From assembly GCA_951406725.2 (NCBI GenBank), contig OX597831.1, forward strand, positions 82,336,001-82,400,000: 64,000 bases of DNA, read 5' to 3'. Of this stretch, positions 40,568 through 53,978 are shown one piece after another. The notes beneath the pieces are model-generated. The model worked only from the letters and a program-made list of their open reading frames with translations. It was not told the origin of the DNA and ran no database searches. Each line of letters opens with the position of its first letter. Position 1 is the first letter of the stretch. The DNA is from Octopus vulgaris. Taxonomy: Eukaryota. A program made the position numbers and the translations under genes.

Positions 40568-40762
40568 TCCTTTCTACTAAGGCACAAGGCCTGAAATTTT
40601 AGGAGATGGGACCTAGTCGATAACATCAACCCCACTGTTTTACTGGTACTTAATTTATCGACCCTGAAAGGATGACAGGCAAAGTCAACCTCAGTGGAAT
40701 TTGAACTCCAAACGTAAAGACAAATGAATTGCATTTTTGTCTGATGTGCTAATGATTCTGCT
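40568..40762 (-). mobile_element. S2-like SINE in the intron between the two SH3 exons
   Basis: ctggtacttaatttatcgaccctgaaaggatgacaggcaaagtcaacctcagtggaatttgaactc. Confidence 0.75.
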
Positions 40763-41351
40763 GATTTAAATAATACAACTAATAATAATAAGTATTAAAG
40801 TCTCGATGACATCTTGTTTAGTTATTCCCATTTTGTAATAAATGACATAATATTAGAACATCATATAATTAAGTTAATGAGAAATTGTTATAAATGTAAA
40901 ATTATTTTGGAATTATTTAGTTTTTTTAAGAATCTTTGGGGTTCAGTAGAGGTTAAAAACTATTGTAATGACTATTGTAAATGGTTACTGCAATGATTGT
41001 TGTAATAACTGTACTGTAAGGACTACTGTGAATGATAGTACTACAATGGCTGTTGTAATGACCACTGCAATGATTGTCACAATGACTCAACAGAGGAAAC
41101 AGATGTGTAATTATTTTTGAAGTCCGTTTAAACATTTCTCATAGAGTCTGGATTCCATTTATCTGGAAATTTACAATGTTGCATTCACTTTTAGAGATTT
41201 AATGTCACACACCAACTTGTCCCATGCTCGAATGTTGCTAAATATTTATCTGTAGACCCCCACCCCTACAAACTAATCCTCGTGTGGAAGAGCTAGATGG
41301 TTTCATACTGGTAAATAGCTAAAGAAGAGAAGGTAGAACTTATCAATTTAC

Positions 41352-41450
41352 CTGTAATACATCTCCGATTTTGAAGGGTATTCCGGCTTGGGGGCAAGGA
41401 TTTAGTTCATCGGATGTTGGATCATAATCAAACAGAGCCCGAACAAATAT
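41352..41450 (-). CDS. CASK: CASK SH3 first exon ([33 protein letters not shown]), 99 nt, phase 0-0
   Basis: Acceptor ttccatag, donor CAG|gtaaat. Contains the ALFDYDP SH3 motif. Not in the ORF track; translated by hand. Confidence 0.95.
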
Positions 41451-42439
41451 CTATGGAAATGAAAGTTGAGAAAAAAAAAGAAAAAGAAAAAAAAACAACA
41501 GATATTGATAATAATTATTAGAATTTTTTAAATAAAAAATATTAGAAAAACTAAAGAAACAAAAACACCAAAACTTTTTTTTAAAATGCACCGTTAATTA
41601 AAACAATCAATGTTCAATTAATAGCAACAATTCTCAAGCCTTCTGGAAACAATGTAAGAGTTAAGTTTAAGAATTATATTTCCCAAATTGAACATAGGTA
41701 AGTGCAGATTTTGGCAAGTGTTTCTAGCAAAGTTGGCTGACCACATAGAAGCTACTTTCTTAGCCCGTATAACTTTTTGTTATTCCTCAGTTTTGCTTTA
41801 ACATGCTTCATACACTAATATAGTGTTTATTTTTTATGTCTGTACAGGTATGTCTTGGACGAGGCTTATTGCAATAATGTTCCATGGCCAGATGTTCTTG
41901 ATATCAACCTCTACTTGCTTCCAATTAAGGTGTGTTTAATTCATATCGTCTATAAGTGGCATTAACAAATATCCCTGCTGCTTTAATGTCTGTCAATGTG
42001 GAGACATGCATGCACGTGCGCCTACACACATACACACAAGAAAGAGACAGCCTACTGTACCGTTTTAGTGCATTCAGTCAGGGGCCATAGTAGAAGGCAC
42101 TTGACCAAGATGTCACAGAGTGAAATCAAACTGGAAACCATGCAGTTATGAAGTGAACTATTTAGCTATACATCCCCACCACCACCACCACCACCACACA
42201 CATTGTTGAACTTTAGAGGCCAGGGTCATTTTTGTCAATAAAAAACACACTCAATGGTTCTGTTTTGCTTCTTATTATTAGTGGTCAACAAGTTAAGGAC
42301 AGTGGATTGATAGCATCAAAAGAGCATCAGACATATAAGGTAATATCAAAAGGCTCCTGGACTAGTTCTGTAGTGCACCAACAGAGGGCAGCACATGGTT
42401 GCATGTGCAGCGAGAGCTAGCAGTGACCTCCATGAGGCA

Positions 42440-43160
42440 GTGTGCTGATTGACATAACTGTGTTTACTTTGTATTTTTGTGATCATGTGTTTGCTGTAGA
42501 CTGCAATCTTTGTCATGGACAGAAAATGGGAGCAAAGAACTGAGAAATTTTGCATTAAACTTGGGAAGTCTGCAACAGAGCTGTTCAGCATGCTTACGGC
42601 AGTGAGACAATAGGTTATATGCGATTGTTTCGAGTGGCATGGGTGGAAGAACATCACTGGAAGATAACGAGCAATCTGGAAGACCAGTGATGAGTGTTGT
42701 GAGAGGACAACAACATTGCTGATGTCGTTGGTCTGTGATACGGGTCTGTGCAGGCAATTCTGACATTGGCAAAGAATTGGATTCTTCGAATGGCATCGCA
42801 CGCTGTCACTGAGCTCCCCTCACATGTGAGTTTTTTGTCAAAAACAACATGGTATCACTTCCACCCCTGCCCTATTCACCAGATTTAGCACCTGTGGACT
42901 CACATTTCTTCCCTAAGATGAAAAGGCAGCTCAAAGGTCACCGTTTTAACACCATTGTTGAGATCAAGAGCAAATCACAGAAGGTGTTCAATTCACAGAA
43001 AACGACTTCCAGGCCCCGGATTCCAAAAGTGGGCAGGAATGCAGGGACCAGTGTATTGGTGCACAAGGGGACTGTTCTGAAGGAAATATTGAGGCTTATG
43101 TAGATAAATTATTTTTTATTAAACTTAACTTGTCCAGGAACTTTTTGATTCCACCTCGTA
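42440..43160 (+). mobile_element. Mariner (DD34D-type) transposase relic, internally deleted
   Basis: N-terminal ...KFCIKLGKSATELFSML and ORF 42849..43103 with PYSPDLAPVDSHFFPKMKRQLKGHRF. Ends ...ccacctcgTA. Confidence 0.85.
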
Positions 43161-43627
43161 AAGTGTTAACTTTGTTGTCATCCTTTTGTGGGGGAAGGGA
43201 GTCAATTAAATATATGACCACTCAAGTACCAAAGTTAAATAATTGTGCCTTTATTAGAAGCTATTATTGTTAGTCAACTAGCTAATTTGCTAGTTTATTG
43301 CTTGCTTGACCAATCATTTGCTCATTTAATTAGTCCTTTTGTTGTCATACACGACCTCACCAGTGACACCCACATTGGTTCCAAACTGGACATATTGTCA
43401 TCTACTTCTTCTGTACAATGGACTGCATGTGTTTGTCTCTGTGCTTTGCATGATAAGTGCTGAGGTACATCAACTGTGCATGTGTCTGCATCTTGTTTCT
43501 CCTCATCTGTTTGGGTTGGGTACATCATGGTCCAGTAGTTTCTTCCTTTATTAAGATTTCTCGTATATACAGATCTCTCTCTCTCTCTCTCTCTCTGCAT
43601 GTATATATGTGTGTGTGCGTGCATGTA

Positions 43628-44798
43628 TATTGGGTTGGCCAAAGAGTCTGTTCAGTTTTTGTCAACTCTAAATTTCAAGCACTCTGACAAGTGGCTACCT
43701 TCAGTCTGTCTCTTACACATGCATACTTGTAAGATACTCGACACTTCAATGTAGCTTGAAGCAAACTCGCAATGGGACAGGCTGTATCTTGGGCGCTTGG
43801 GGTCACCCTGGAAATGGACAACCAAAATGAATATTATTAACACTGCAAGGCTTTTTCATTTACGAAAAAAGAAGTGAGAAAGAAAGTGGCAGAATCCGGC
43901 AGGAAGGTTTGATCTGTGTTGGGAAAGGATGCTGTTATGGAATGTGTGTACCAGGAGTGGTTTTCAAGATTTTGATTCATGATGCACCTTGCTCTGGCTG
44001 GCCTACTGAGATCAACAACAACATCAACCCCAGTTGTATGATCAGGGAGATTGCAGATATTCTCCAAATTTTCAAATTGAGTGCTGAAAAACATCTCCAT
44101 CAATTTGGTTGAGTCAGATCAATGTTTGGGTCTGACATCAATTGAATGAGTTCCACCTGCAATTTGTGGCAGACACACAAAGAAAACAATCCTTTTCAGA
44201 AAAGAATGTGGGAATGGGATGAAAATGGATCATCTTTTAGAATATGAAGCACAGATGATTATGGGGAAGTGCAGCAAACAACCTCTAAAGCAGGACTTTA
44301 CCCTAAGAAGGTTATGCTTTCAATTTGGTGGTGAGCTTTGGTATAGTCTTTTGTAAGCTTCTTTCCATGGAGAAGGCTGTCAATTTGGATGAGCAAATTA
44401 AACAACCCACCAGAAGCGTCCAGCACATGTTAATCATAAGTGCATTGTCTTTCATCATGACAATACCAGTCATGTAGAATTTATTGAGGCTTGTTCGGGA
44501 AGTTTTGCCATGCCTTCCAGTTTTTCCTAACCTGACATCTTCAGAGATTTCTTCCTACTTTGGTCTCTTCAAAACTCATTGGATTGACAAATCTTCATCT
44601 TGAAGAGAATGTGAAAATTTGCCTGAAAGAATTATTTGCCAGTAAAACAAGGAAATTCTTTGAGCAAGGTTCTACCCACAAGATGGCAGAGGATACTGGA
44701 ATGAAGAAATGGTAATTATATCACTGATTGAATAAATCACTTTCTGCTTAAAATTTGTCTTATTTTAACTTTAAAAAAATTTTGGGGCCAACCCAGTA
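43628..44798 (+). mobile_element. Near full-length decayed mariner element with TIRs
   Basis: TA-TTGGGTTGGCC ... GGCCAACCCAG-TA, ~1.17 kb. Decayed transposase pieces: ICVGKG, DAPCSGWP, REIADIL, VFHHDN, LPCLPVFPNLTSS (degenerate YSPDL). Confidence 0.82.
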
Positions 44799-45747
44799 TA
44801 ACATATATATATATATATGAACATACGCATGCACACACACACACGCACACACACACACACACACGCACACACACACAGATATATATGCATATAGCTGTGT
44901 ACACACATATATGTGATGATGCCAGCATAGAAAAATCCTAAAAATTGTGATGTTTATGATAATGATGATGATCATTATGACTCTGTAGCGTCTGTAATTC
45001 TATAAGCAATTACTTATGGATTCCATTGTTTGCCATTTTGAAGACAGGTTAAAGGAAGGTTAATTGAATAGGCGAGGAATACTGTAGATGTCTAAAGACA
45101 GTCAGACATTGTGTAACGTGAACTTGGTCAACCTACTCCCTTTATTGTAAGCCAATCAAATTACAATTATGGGTCTATTGTTGTGGCTATTGGAATTGGT
45201 TGACATTGAACATTATGATGATGTTATATTCCTATATGTATACATTAAGTGTTTAAGTGACAACGTATATATATATATATATAGATACATATGAGTGAAA
45301 GTGAGTACAATATGCAGAAATAGTGTAGCAGTATATATTAAAAAGACACTGAATGTATACACTCTAGGTTTCTCTATATATCTGCCCTGTGCTTATATAT
45401 ATATATATAAAAAAACATAATAAATGCACAAACAAATGGAAAACAGACACAGGTGGTCACCAAATTCTCATCAGTTATTGACCAAAGGATCAACTCAATT
45501 CTGTACACAAACACACACACACGTGTGTGGATACAGTAAGCTTCTTCCAGTTACCATCTTATCAAATCAACTCACAAGGCTCTGGTTAACCCTGGGCTGT
45601 AGTACATGACATTTACCCAAGGTGTCACACCATGGGACTGAACCTGAAACCACTTGGTTAGCAAGCAGACTGCTTCACTATACAGCTATGCTTGTACTTT
45701 AGGCGTATGTGTCTGTATATTTACATACATGTGTGTGTATGTATATA

Positions 45748-45972
45748 TTTCTTTACTACCCACAAGGGGCTAAACATAGAGGGGACAAACAAGGACAGAC
45801 AAAGGGACTAAGTCGATTACATCGACCCCAGTGTGAAACTGGTACTTTATTTATTGACTCCGAAAGGATGAAAGGCAAAGTCGACCTTGGTGGAATTTGA
45901 ACTCAGAATGTAACGACAGACGAAATACCGCTAAGCACTTCGCCCGGCATGCTAACGTTTCTGCCAGCTTGC
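45748..45972 (-). mobile_element. S2 SINE
   Basis: Near-identical to 27785-28022. Confidence 0.87.
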
Positions 45973-47264
45973 TGCTATGTGTGTGTATGTATAAGATCTG
46001 TGTTCTGCTTGATAGTGTATATTCACTGAAGTACAGGTGATACAGAGGCAAGAAAAACTTAGGATTCTGATATGCTGGCTATCGTCATCATCATCATCAT
46101 TGTTTAACATCCGCTTTATATGGCACATACACACACACACACACAAGAGTGTGGAGCAGAGAGATGATTTAGAACTGAGTAATATACACATCTATGTCAG
46201 TGGTGGTTGCATTGTTACACATTCAAATTGAACAATTTAATCTGGCTGTCAGATTTCTTAAGTATTTAAATGTAACCTGCTTTTATAGGATTAAACATAC
46301 TTTGTTTATAAATTCCATTTTACCATTTTCCTTTGCTGCAGCTTAAGTTCAATGCTGCACCTAATGAGGACAGCAACATGCAACATTGCACACTTTCTTT
46401 AATGGCATGTCACTTTCGACCGACAGCATTAGGCTATCGGTTTCAAACATGTCATGGAAATATTTTTAAAATATTGTATACCCCACTCCTATATACACAC
46501 ACACACACACAAACAAAAGAAGCAAAAGTAGGGAACACATCCACTACAAAAACAAGATAGAGATTAGATTGTAGCTGAAATTTTCTTAAAATATAAACCA
46601 AGTCGATGGATTATGGCTGAGAAAATGTTTATAAAAGGAAAAACTAAAAAACAAAAACAAAAAAAAAAGGGGAATTTCTTGTGTTCTTGTGCAGTTTGTC
46701 TTCCTATTTCCTGATCAGTTTGTATCTTGTGTGCCATATTCCACAGTCTTTTGGTAAAATCACTTCAAAGGAATGTCAGAACCATCAGATCTGAGGCTGG
46801 ATTAAATGCAATGCCATCATAGCCTCCTTCAAAGCAAATTTGTTTTTGTTTTTTTTGCTTCCTTTTTTCTTTTTCTTTCCTGTTTCTCTATTGAATAGAA
46901 TGTCAAGTTAGGCCGTTATTTATTCTATGGCAATGGACATTCGGCAATAGTGATATTATCTTTATGGAAAAAGATACATTAGAAAAATATTGGTAAATAC
47001 AAGTACACACGCACACACACAGGCACATGTGTGTGTGTGTGTGCATTTGAGCCTCCCCCCCCTATATATGTCTATGAAGTAAAATAAGGACAACAGACAA
47101 GGTTAAACAATCAAAGCAACATATACATCTGTCTGTCTGCATGTATCTATCTATCAATCTAATACATATCTTTATCTATATATATATATATATATGTAAT
47201 ATATATCTCTTGTGTGTTTATATATATATCTGTATGTATGTAGCTAGATTGACATATATATATG

Positions 47265-47301
<37 letters not shown>

Positions 47302-47410
47302 TATGTTTATATATATATGTAATAAATATCTGTGCGTGTATATATATATATATAAATAAATAAATAGATATATAATACATATCTGTTTATATATATATGT
47401 AATACATATC

Positions 47411-47462
<52 letters not shown>

Positions 47463-47506
47463 GATATATAATACATATCTCTTTATATATATATGTAATA
47501 CATATC

Positions 47507-47568
<62 letters not shown>

Positions 47569-47687
47569 TATATTACATATATATATATATATATATATTT
47601 TGGATTTTTTGATTTTTAAAATTCTAGTTTCATCTCACAAGCTGTGGCCATGCTGGGGCACCGCCATTATATATATTATATATATAT

Positions 47688-47769
<82 letters not shown>

Positions 47770-47771
<2 letters not shown>

Positions 47772-47972
47772 CCAGCTCCGTCTGGCACCTGTGCGGAATG
47801 GCACGTAAAAAGCACCCACTACATTCATGGAGTGGTTGGTGTTAGGAAGGGCATCCAGCCGTAGAAACACTGCCAGATCAGATTGGGCCTGATGCAGCCT
47901 TCTGGCTTCACAGACCCCAGTTGAACCGTCCAACCCATGCTAGCATGGAAAGCGGACGCTAAATGATGATGA

Positions 47973-47975
<3 letters not shown>
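47770..47975 (+). mobile_element. RTE 3' UTR tail fragment within a TA array
   Basis: ggcacgtaaaaagcacccactaca...ccaacccatgctagcatggaaagcggacg...(GAT)n. Confidence 0.85.
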
Positions 47976-48030
<55 letters not shown>

Positions 48031-48072
48031 TATATATATATGTCTAATATATATTTATATGTAATATCTATA

Positions 48073-48134
<62 letters not shown>

Positions 48135-48149
48135 TTACATATTTTGGGG

Positions 48150-51100
48150 GGGTTTCAGCTCAGAGCTGCGGCTATGCTGATGCACTGCCGTTTTGTGCTA
48201 CACTGTTATTACTAAAGTGCTCCTCTAATATGTAGCACTTGGTGAAGAATGGAGTTTGATATAGCTACCCTCATTTGCATCTCTTACCATGAGTTAGGTT
48301 CATCTGGGACTCTCGACAGGAAGAGGTCCAACCTTGATTTAAAAACACCTACATCTACTTTGTGCAAGTTCCTCAGACTCTTTGGCAGAATATTAAAAAG
48401 CTGTGGGCCCTTGAAACCCAGGCTGTTGCAGTAGCTGATCCTGAAGCGTGATGGCATTGCTGGGATCTTTGGCACTATGCAGTGTCGTCCCATTCTAGCA
48501 TTGGTGTAGCTTACAATGCCAAAATTTGGCACAATTCCTTCCAGGATCTTTTAGATATATATTACTGCATACCTCTCCCGTCTTCTCTCCAGGGAGTAGA
48601 GTCTTAGCTGTTTCAGCCTTTCCCAGTAGCTGAGCTGTTGCAAAGAGACGATCTTCTTTGTAAATCTTCTCTGGATGGCTTCAAGGTCCGCTGTTAATTT
48701 CACACTGGTGGGTGACCATAGCTGTGAGCAGTAATCCAGGCGGCTGAGGACAAATGTCCACCAGAGGACCATCATGGTTTCCTTATCTTTGGTTCTGAAT
48801 GTTCTTAGGATCCATCCAGCCAGTCGTCTGCACTTTGTCACCATCCTGGTAATGTGCACTTGGAAAGAGGTATCATCACTCATGTCAATACCCAGGTCCC
48901 TCACAGACTTAGGCTCTGGGATTGAAATTCCCTGTGGACCAGTGTACCCTGTAAGTTTAATATTCAGTTTTGGATGCTGTTAGCACAGGGCCTGGAATTT
49001 TTCAGCATTAAACTGCATATTATTATCCTCAGCCCATCTGTAGATTGAGTCCAACTCCTGCTGCAGGTGTGCAACATCGCTGGGGTTCTGTATTTTCTGC
49101 GAGACTTTCATATCGTCTGCATAGCTTGCCAGAGTGGCTATCCGGGCATTTGAGGGCATATCTGAGAGGGCCACTATAAAAAGCAGTGGTCTCAAGACAG
49201 TGCTCTGTGGAACACCGCTCACTATTTGTGTGTTCATAGAGGTGGCTCCATTAACCACTACTGCCTGACTCCTATCTTTCAAGAACTCATGTAACCACAC
49301 TCCGAGTTTTCCAGCTATGCCGAGGTCACGCAGTTTGTAGCATATCATACCATGATCCACCTTGTGAAAAGCTTTTGTAAAATCAAGGTATATTACGTCC
49401 ACATTTGATTTGTTGAGTAACTGCCTCAACACCCAGTCATAATGTTGTAAGAACTGGGTCAGGCAGCTCCTACCTGGTCGAAAACCATGCTGGGTATCAC
49501 TCAGCAAGTTATTTTCCTCAAGGAATGCGATTAGTTTCTTTCTGACTATCTGTTCCATGACTTTGCTGATGTGTGAAGTCAGAGAGATAGGCCTATAGTT
49601 TTTGGCATCTGCTCTACTTCCCCCTTTATGTATTGGGCATATTATTCCCTCCTTCAGCTTGCTTGGCAGTTTGCCATTTGTAAGAAAGCTCTGGAAGAGA
49701 ATCTTGAGGGGTTTTGCCAGGGCATACTTACACACTTTGAGGAGGATTGCTGGGAAACCATCAGGACCAGCAGTTGAGTTTGTGTTCACTTCATCTATGG
49801 CTAGTAGTATATCTTCTTCGCTAATGTCAATGTATTCTATTGTAACTGCCTCTCTGGTTATAGGTGAGGCGGCAAAGAAGTCCACTGGTTCGTTCACTTG
49901 TCTGTGTTCCAACGGGGTGGTAAACACACTTTTGAACTGGTCATTCAGTATCACACTGATCTTAGTTGGACTGTCTGTGAGGGAGCCTTCCTTTTGGAGG
50001 AGGGGTCCTATCTCGTAGTGTACTGAGACTGTTTCTTTCGCATAATGAAAGAAAGCCTTTGGGTTTGATTTAATGTTTTTTATAACCCAGGCTTCTTTGT
50101 CTGCCTTCTCCTTCACATAGGATTGTTGCAGCCTTTTCTCGATTTCCATCAGTGTTGTTTTTAGGCAGGACGTTTCGCTACTTTTGGGATGTTGGTTGAG
50201 ACGATTTGCAACCTTCGTCCGTCGTCTCATGAGAATCTTCCTGTCTCTTGGAATCTTTGTTTTGGCCTTGTGCTCTGGGACATATTTCTGGCATACAGCT
50301 TGCACTGAAGACATGAAACATTCTAGTTTCATGTCAATGTCTGGTGTAGAGAGACATTTTGGCCAGTCCTCTCTGAGGATCGCTTTTTGGATCGATTTCC
50401 AATCTGCTTTGTGGAAGTTCAGATTGGAGAGATTTCGAGTGCTTCCTTTAGGCTGTATGTCTCTGGTTACTTTCGGCCCAAACATAGACAGCTGTATTAT
50501 GTTGTGATCCGAAACTGATGTCAGTGTCATTTTCACATCATGAATGATGTCCATATTGTTCATGAAGCAGAGATCCAGAATTTTATTTGCCCTAGTTGGT
50601 TTGAGTACAGCTTGCACCATGAATAAGGCATTGGTGAGGTTGAGCAGGGACTCTACCTGTGCTTGCTTGCAATGATTCATTCCTGAGAGTATGAGACCTT
50701 CGGGCCATTTGACGTTGGGGAAGTTGAAATCACCCATAAGAAATATGGTCACATGGTGTTCCAGATTCATGAGGATTTCTTTAATTCTTGTGAGGCAGTC
50801 TTCAAACTTGCCTATGTGGTTTGGAGCATCCGGTGGGCAATATGTATTGCATATGACTATATTATGTTGTCTTATGTATACAATTAAAGTGTCACATACC
50901 GAATTTGAGTATGTCAGTAAGACCTGGGGTGTGAGGTCATCCCGGATGTATACAGCAACTCCACCATGGCTCCTTTCCCTTCTGTCTGTTCGTAGTATGG
51001 CATAGTTTGGTACATGTACTTCTGCGTCCTCTATATCAGGGCTGAGGTGAGTTTCCACGAGTTCTATACATAGGGCTTGATTGCATGCAGTAAGATCTCC

Positions 51101-51180
51101 CAGGAAAGAAATTTTGTTTTTATTTTGATGCAAAAGGTCCCCAATATTTAGTAAAAGTATTAAGGTGACGGCTGTGCAGG
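48150..51180 (-). mobile_element. CR1/L2-group LINE ORF2 (APE endonuclease + reverse transcriptase), near complete, inactivated
   Basis: ORFs 48980..51133, 48551..48904 and 48284..48532 share one frame broken by two stops. Endonuclease motifs ETHL, GDFN and SDH; RT motifs YRPISL, QHGFR and YADD. The QG motif is mutated (GVPQSTVLRP). Confidence 0.95.
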
Positions 51181-51182
51181 CG

Positions 51183-52243
<1,061 letters not shown>

Positions 52244-53873
52244 ACACAATTCAGCAGTAGGCCCCGATAGGTTCCCTGCTTGTGTCCTGAAGGTGTGTCG
52301 ACACCAACTTGCATCTCCCCTTGCTAATCTGTGGAGAAACTCACTGGATGCTGGCTATATTCCAAAAAACCTTCTGTCCCAGTCTGTTGTCCCAGTTTTC
52401 AAAAAGGGAAACAAGTCCCTTGCAGTGAATTACCGTCCGATCTCACTCACCTCACATATCATCAAGGTATTTGAGAGGGTGGTGAGATCTCGAATAACCC
52501 AATTTCTGGAAAGCAACAGACGGCTGATCTCCAACCAACATGGGTTCCGTAATGGAAGGGACTGCCTAACGCAGCTCCTGCATCACTTTGAGGACATTTT
52601 GAGAGCTTTGGGAGAGGGCTCCAACACCGATGTCATCTACCTTGATTTCAGTAAGGCCTTCGACAGGGTCGATCACAAGATCCTATTGAAAAAACTATCC
52701 AACATTGGTGTCTCTGGAAAGTTACTGAAATGGATCAAGTGTTTCCTGACAGACAGATCTCAACATGTTGTAGTTGAAGGGGTAAAATCAAGCCCAGCCA
52801 AAGTCAGTAGTGGCATTCCGCAAGGCACTGTGCTGGGCCCACTTCTTTTCATCATTTACATTAATGACATTAATGACATCATCAAGCACAGCAACATAAA
52901 AATCTTTGCAGATGACTCCAAGCTACAGAAGGTCATAAATAAGGCGAGTGACCGGACATGCCTGCAATCAGATCTACTGGCTGTTATCCAATGGGCAGTA
53001 AAAAACAATATGCTGCTGAACGAGGATAAATTTGAGCTAATCCACTTTGGAAAAGAGGATGCCCTGAAACTCCCATACTCCCTTCCTTCAGGTGAAACTC
53101 TCGCGGCGTCCAACAACATCAGAGACTTGGGAGTAATTGTGGACAACAACATAAGCTGGGCCACTCATATAAACACCAAAGTTGACATGGCCCACAGAAT
53201 GTGTTCCTGGATTCTCAGAACTTTCCAGTCGAGAGATATCCACACCATTATCCTTCTCTTCTCCACTTTTGCCCGACCCCACCTTGAATACTGTTGTCCA
53301 CTGTGGTCTCCTCACACAATACAAGGTATCATAAAAGTTGAAGCACCTCAAAGGGCAATCACAAAAAAGATAGATGGCATGACAGGCCTCGACTATTGGG
53401 GTCGACTAGAAAAGCTAAAACTCTATTCTCTCCAACGTCGTCGTGAGCGCTACATCATCTGCATGATGTGGAAAATATTCCATCAGCATTGCCCAAATGA
53501 TGTTGGCATCACCTTTAAGGTACATCCAAGGCTTGGGCCCCGTGCCATCCGCCCAAAACAAAAATCGCACTCTCATCTCATAACAACAATATGGCACAAT
53601 TATTTCACCTCAATTGGCCCCGCTCTCTTTAACATTACACCAAAACACATTAAAACAGAAACTGACCCTATAGGGTTCAAGAAGTCTTTGGACAGATTCC
53701 TTCAAGAAATCCCAGATAAACCCCCTACACCCGGATATGTCTCTGTAAACAATAACTCTCTACTTGAGTGGGCCATAGTGCCCAAATTCTGACTTGAAAG
53801 ACTTCACCAGGTGGTGCTATTAAGTTAGACATCGCCTGGGCCAATAATGGCCGAAACCTGTCAAAGTATCAAA

Positions 53874-53874
<1 letters not shown>
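52244..53874 (+). mobile_element. CR1-type LINE, 5'-truncated, intact RT domain and 3' tail
   Basis: Uninterrupted ORF 52293..53792 with YRPISL, QHGFR, YLDFSKAFD, GIPQGTVLGP and FADD. Tail hairpin GGCC-aataat-GGCC-GAAAC followed by (TCAAAGTA)2. Confidence 0.95.
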
Positions 53875-53913
<39 letters not shown>

Positions 53914-53946
53914 CATATATATTACATATATATATATATATATATT

Positions 53947-53978
<32 letters not shown>

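Noticed and set aside
53830-53860. Hairpin plus GAAAC at the CR1 tail as a hammerhead ribozyme
   Set aside because: No CUGAnGA-like box before the stem. Better explained as the LINE 3' recognition stem-loop.
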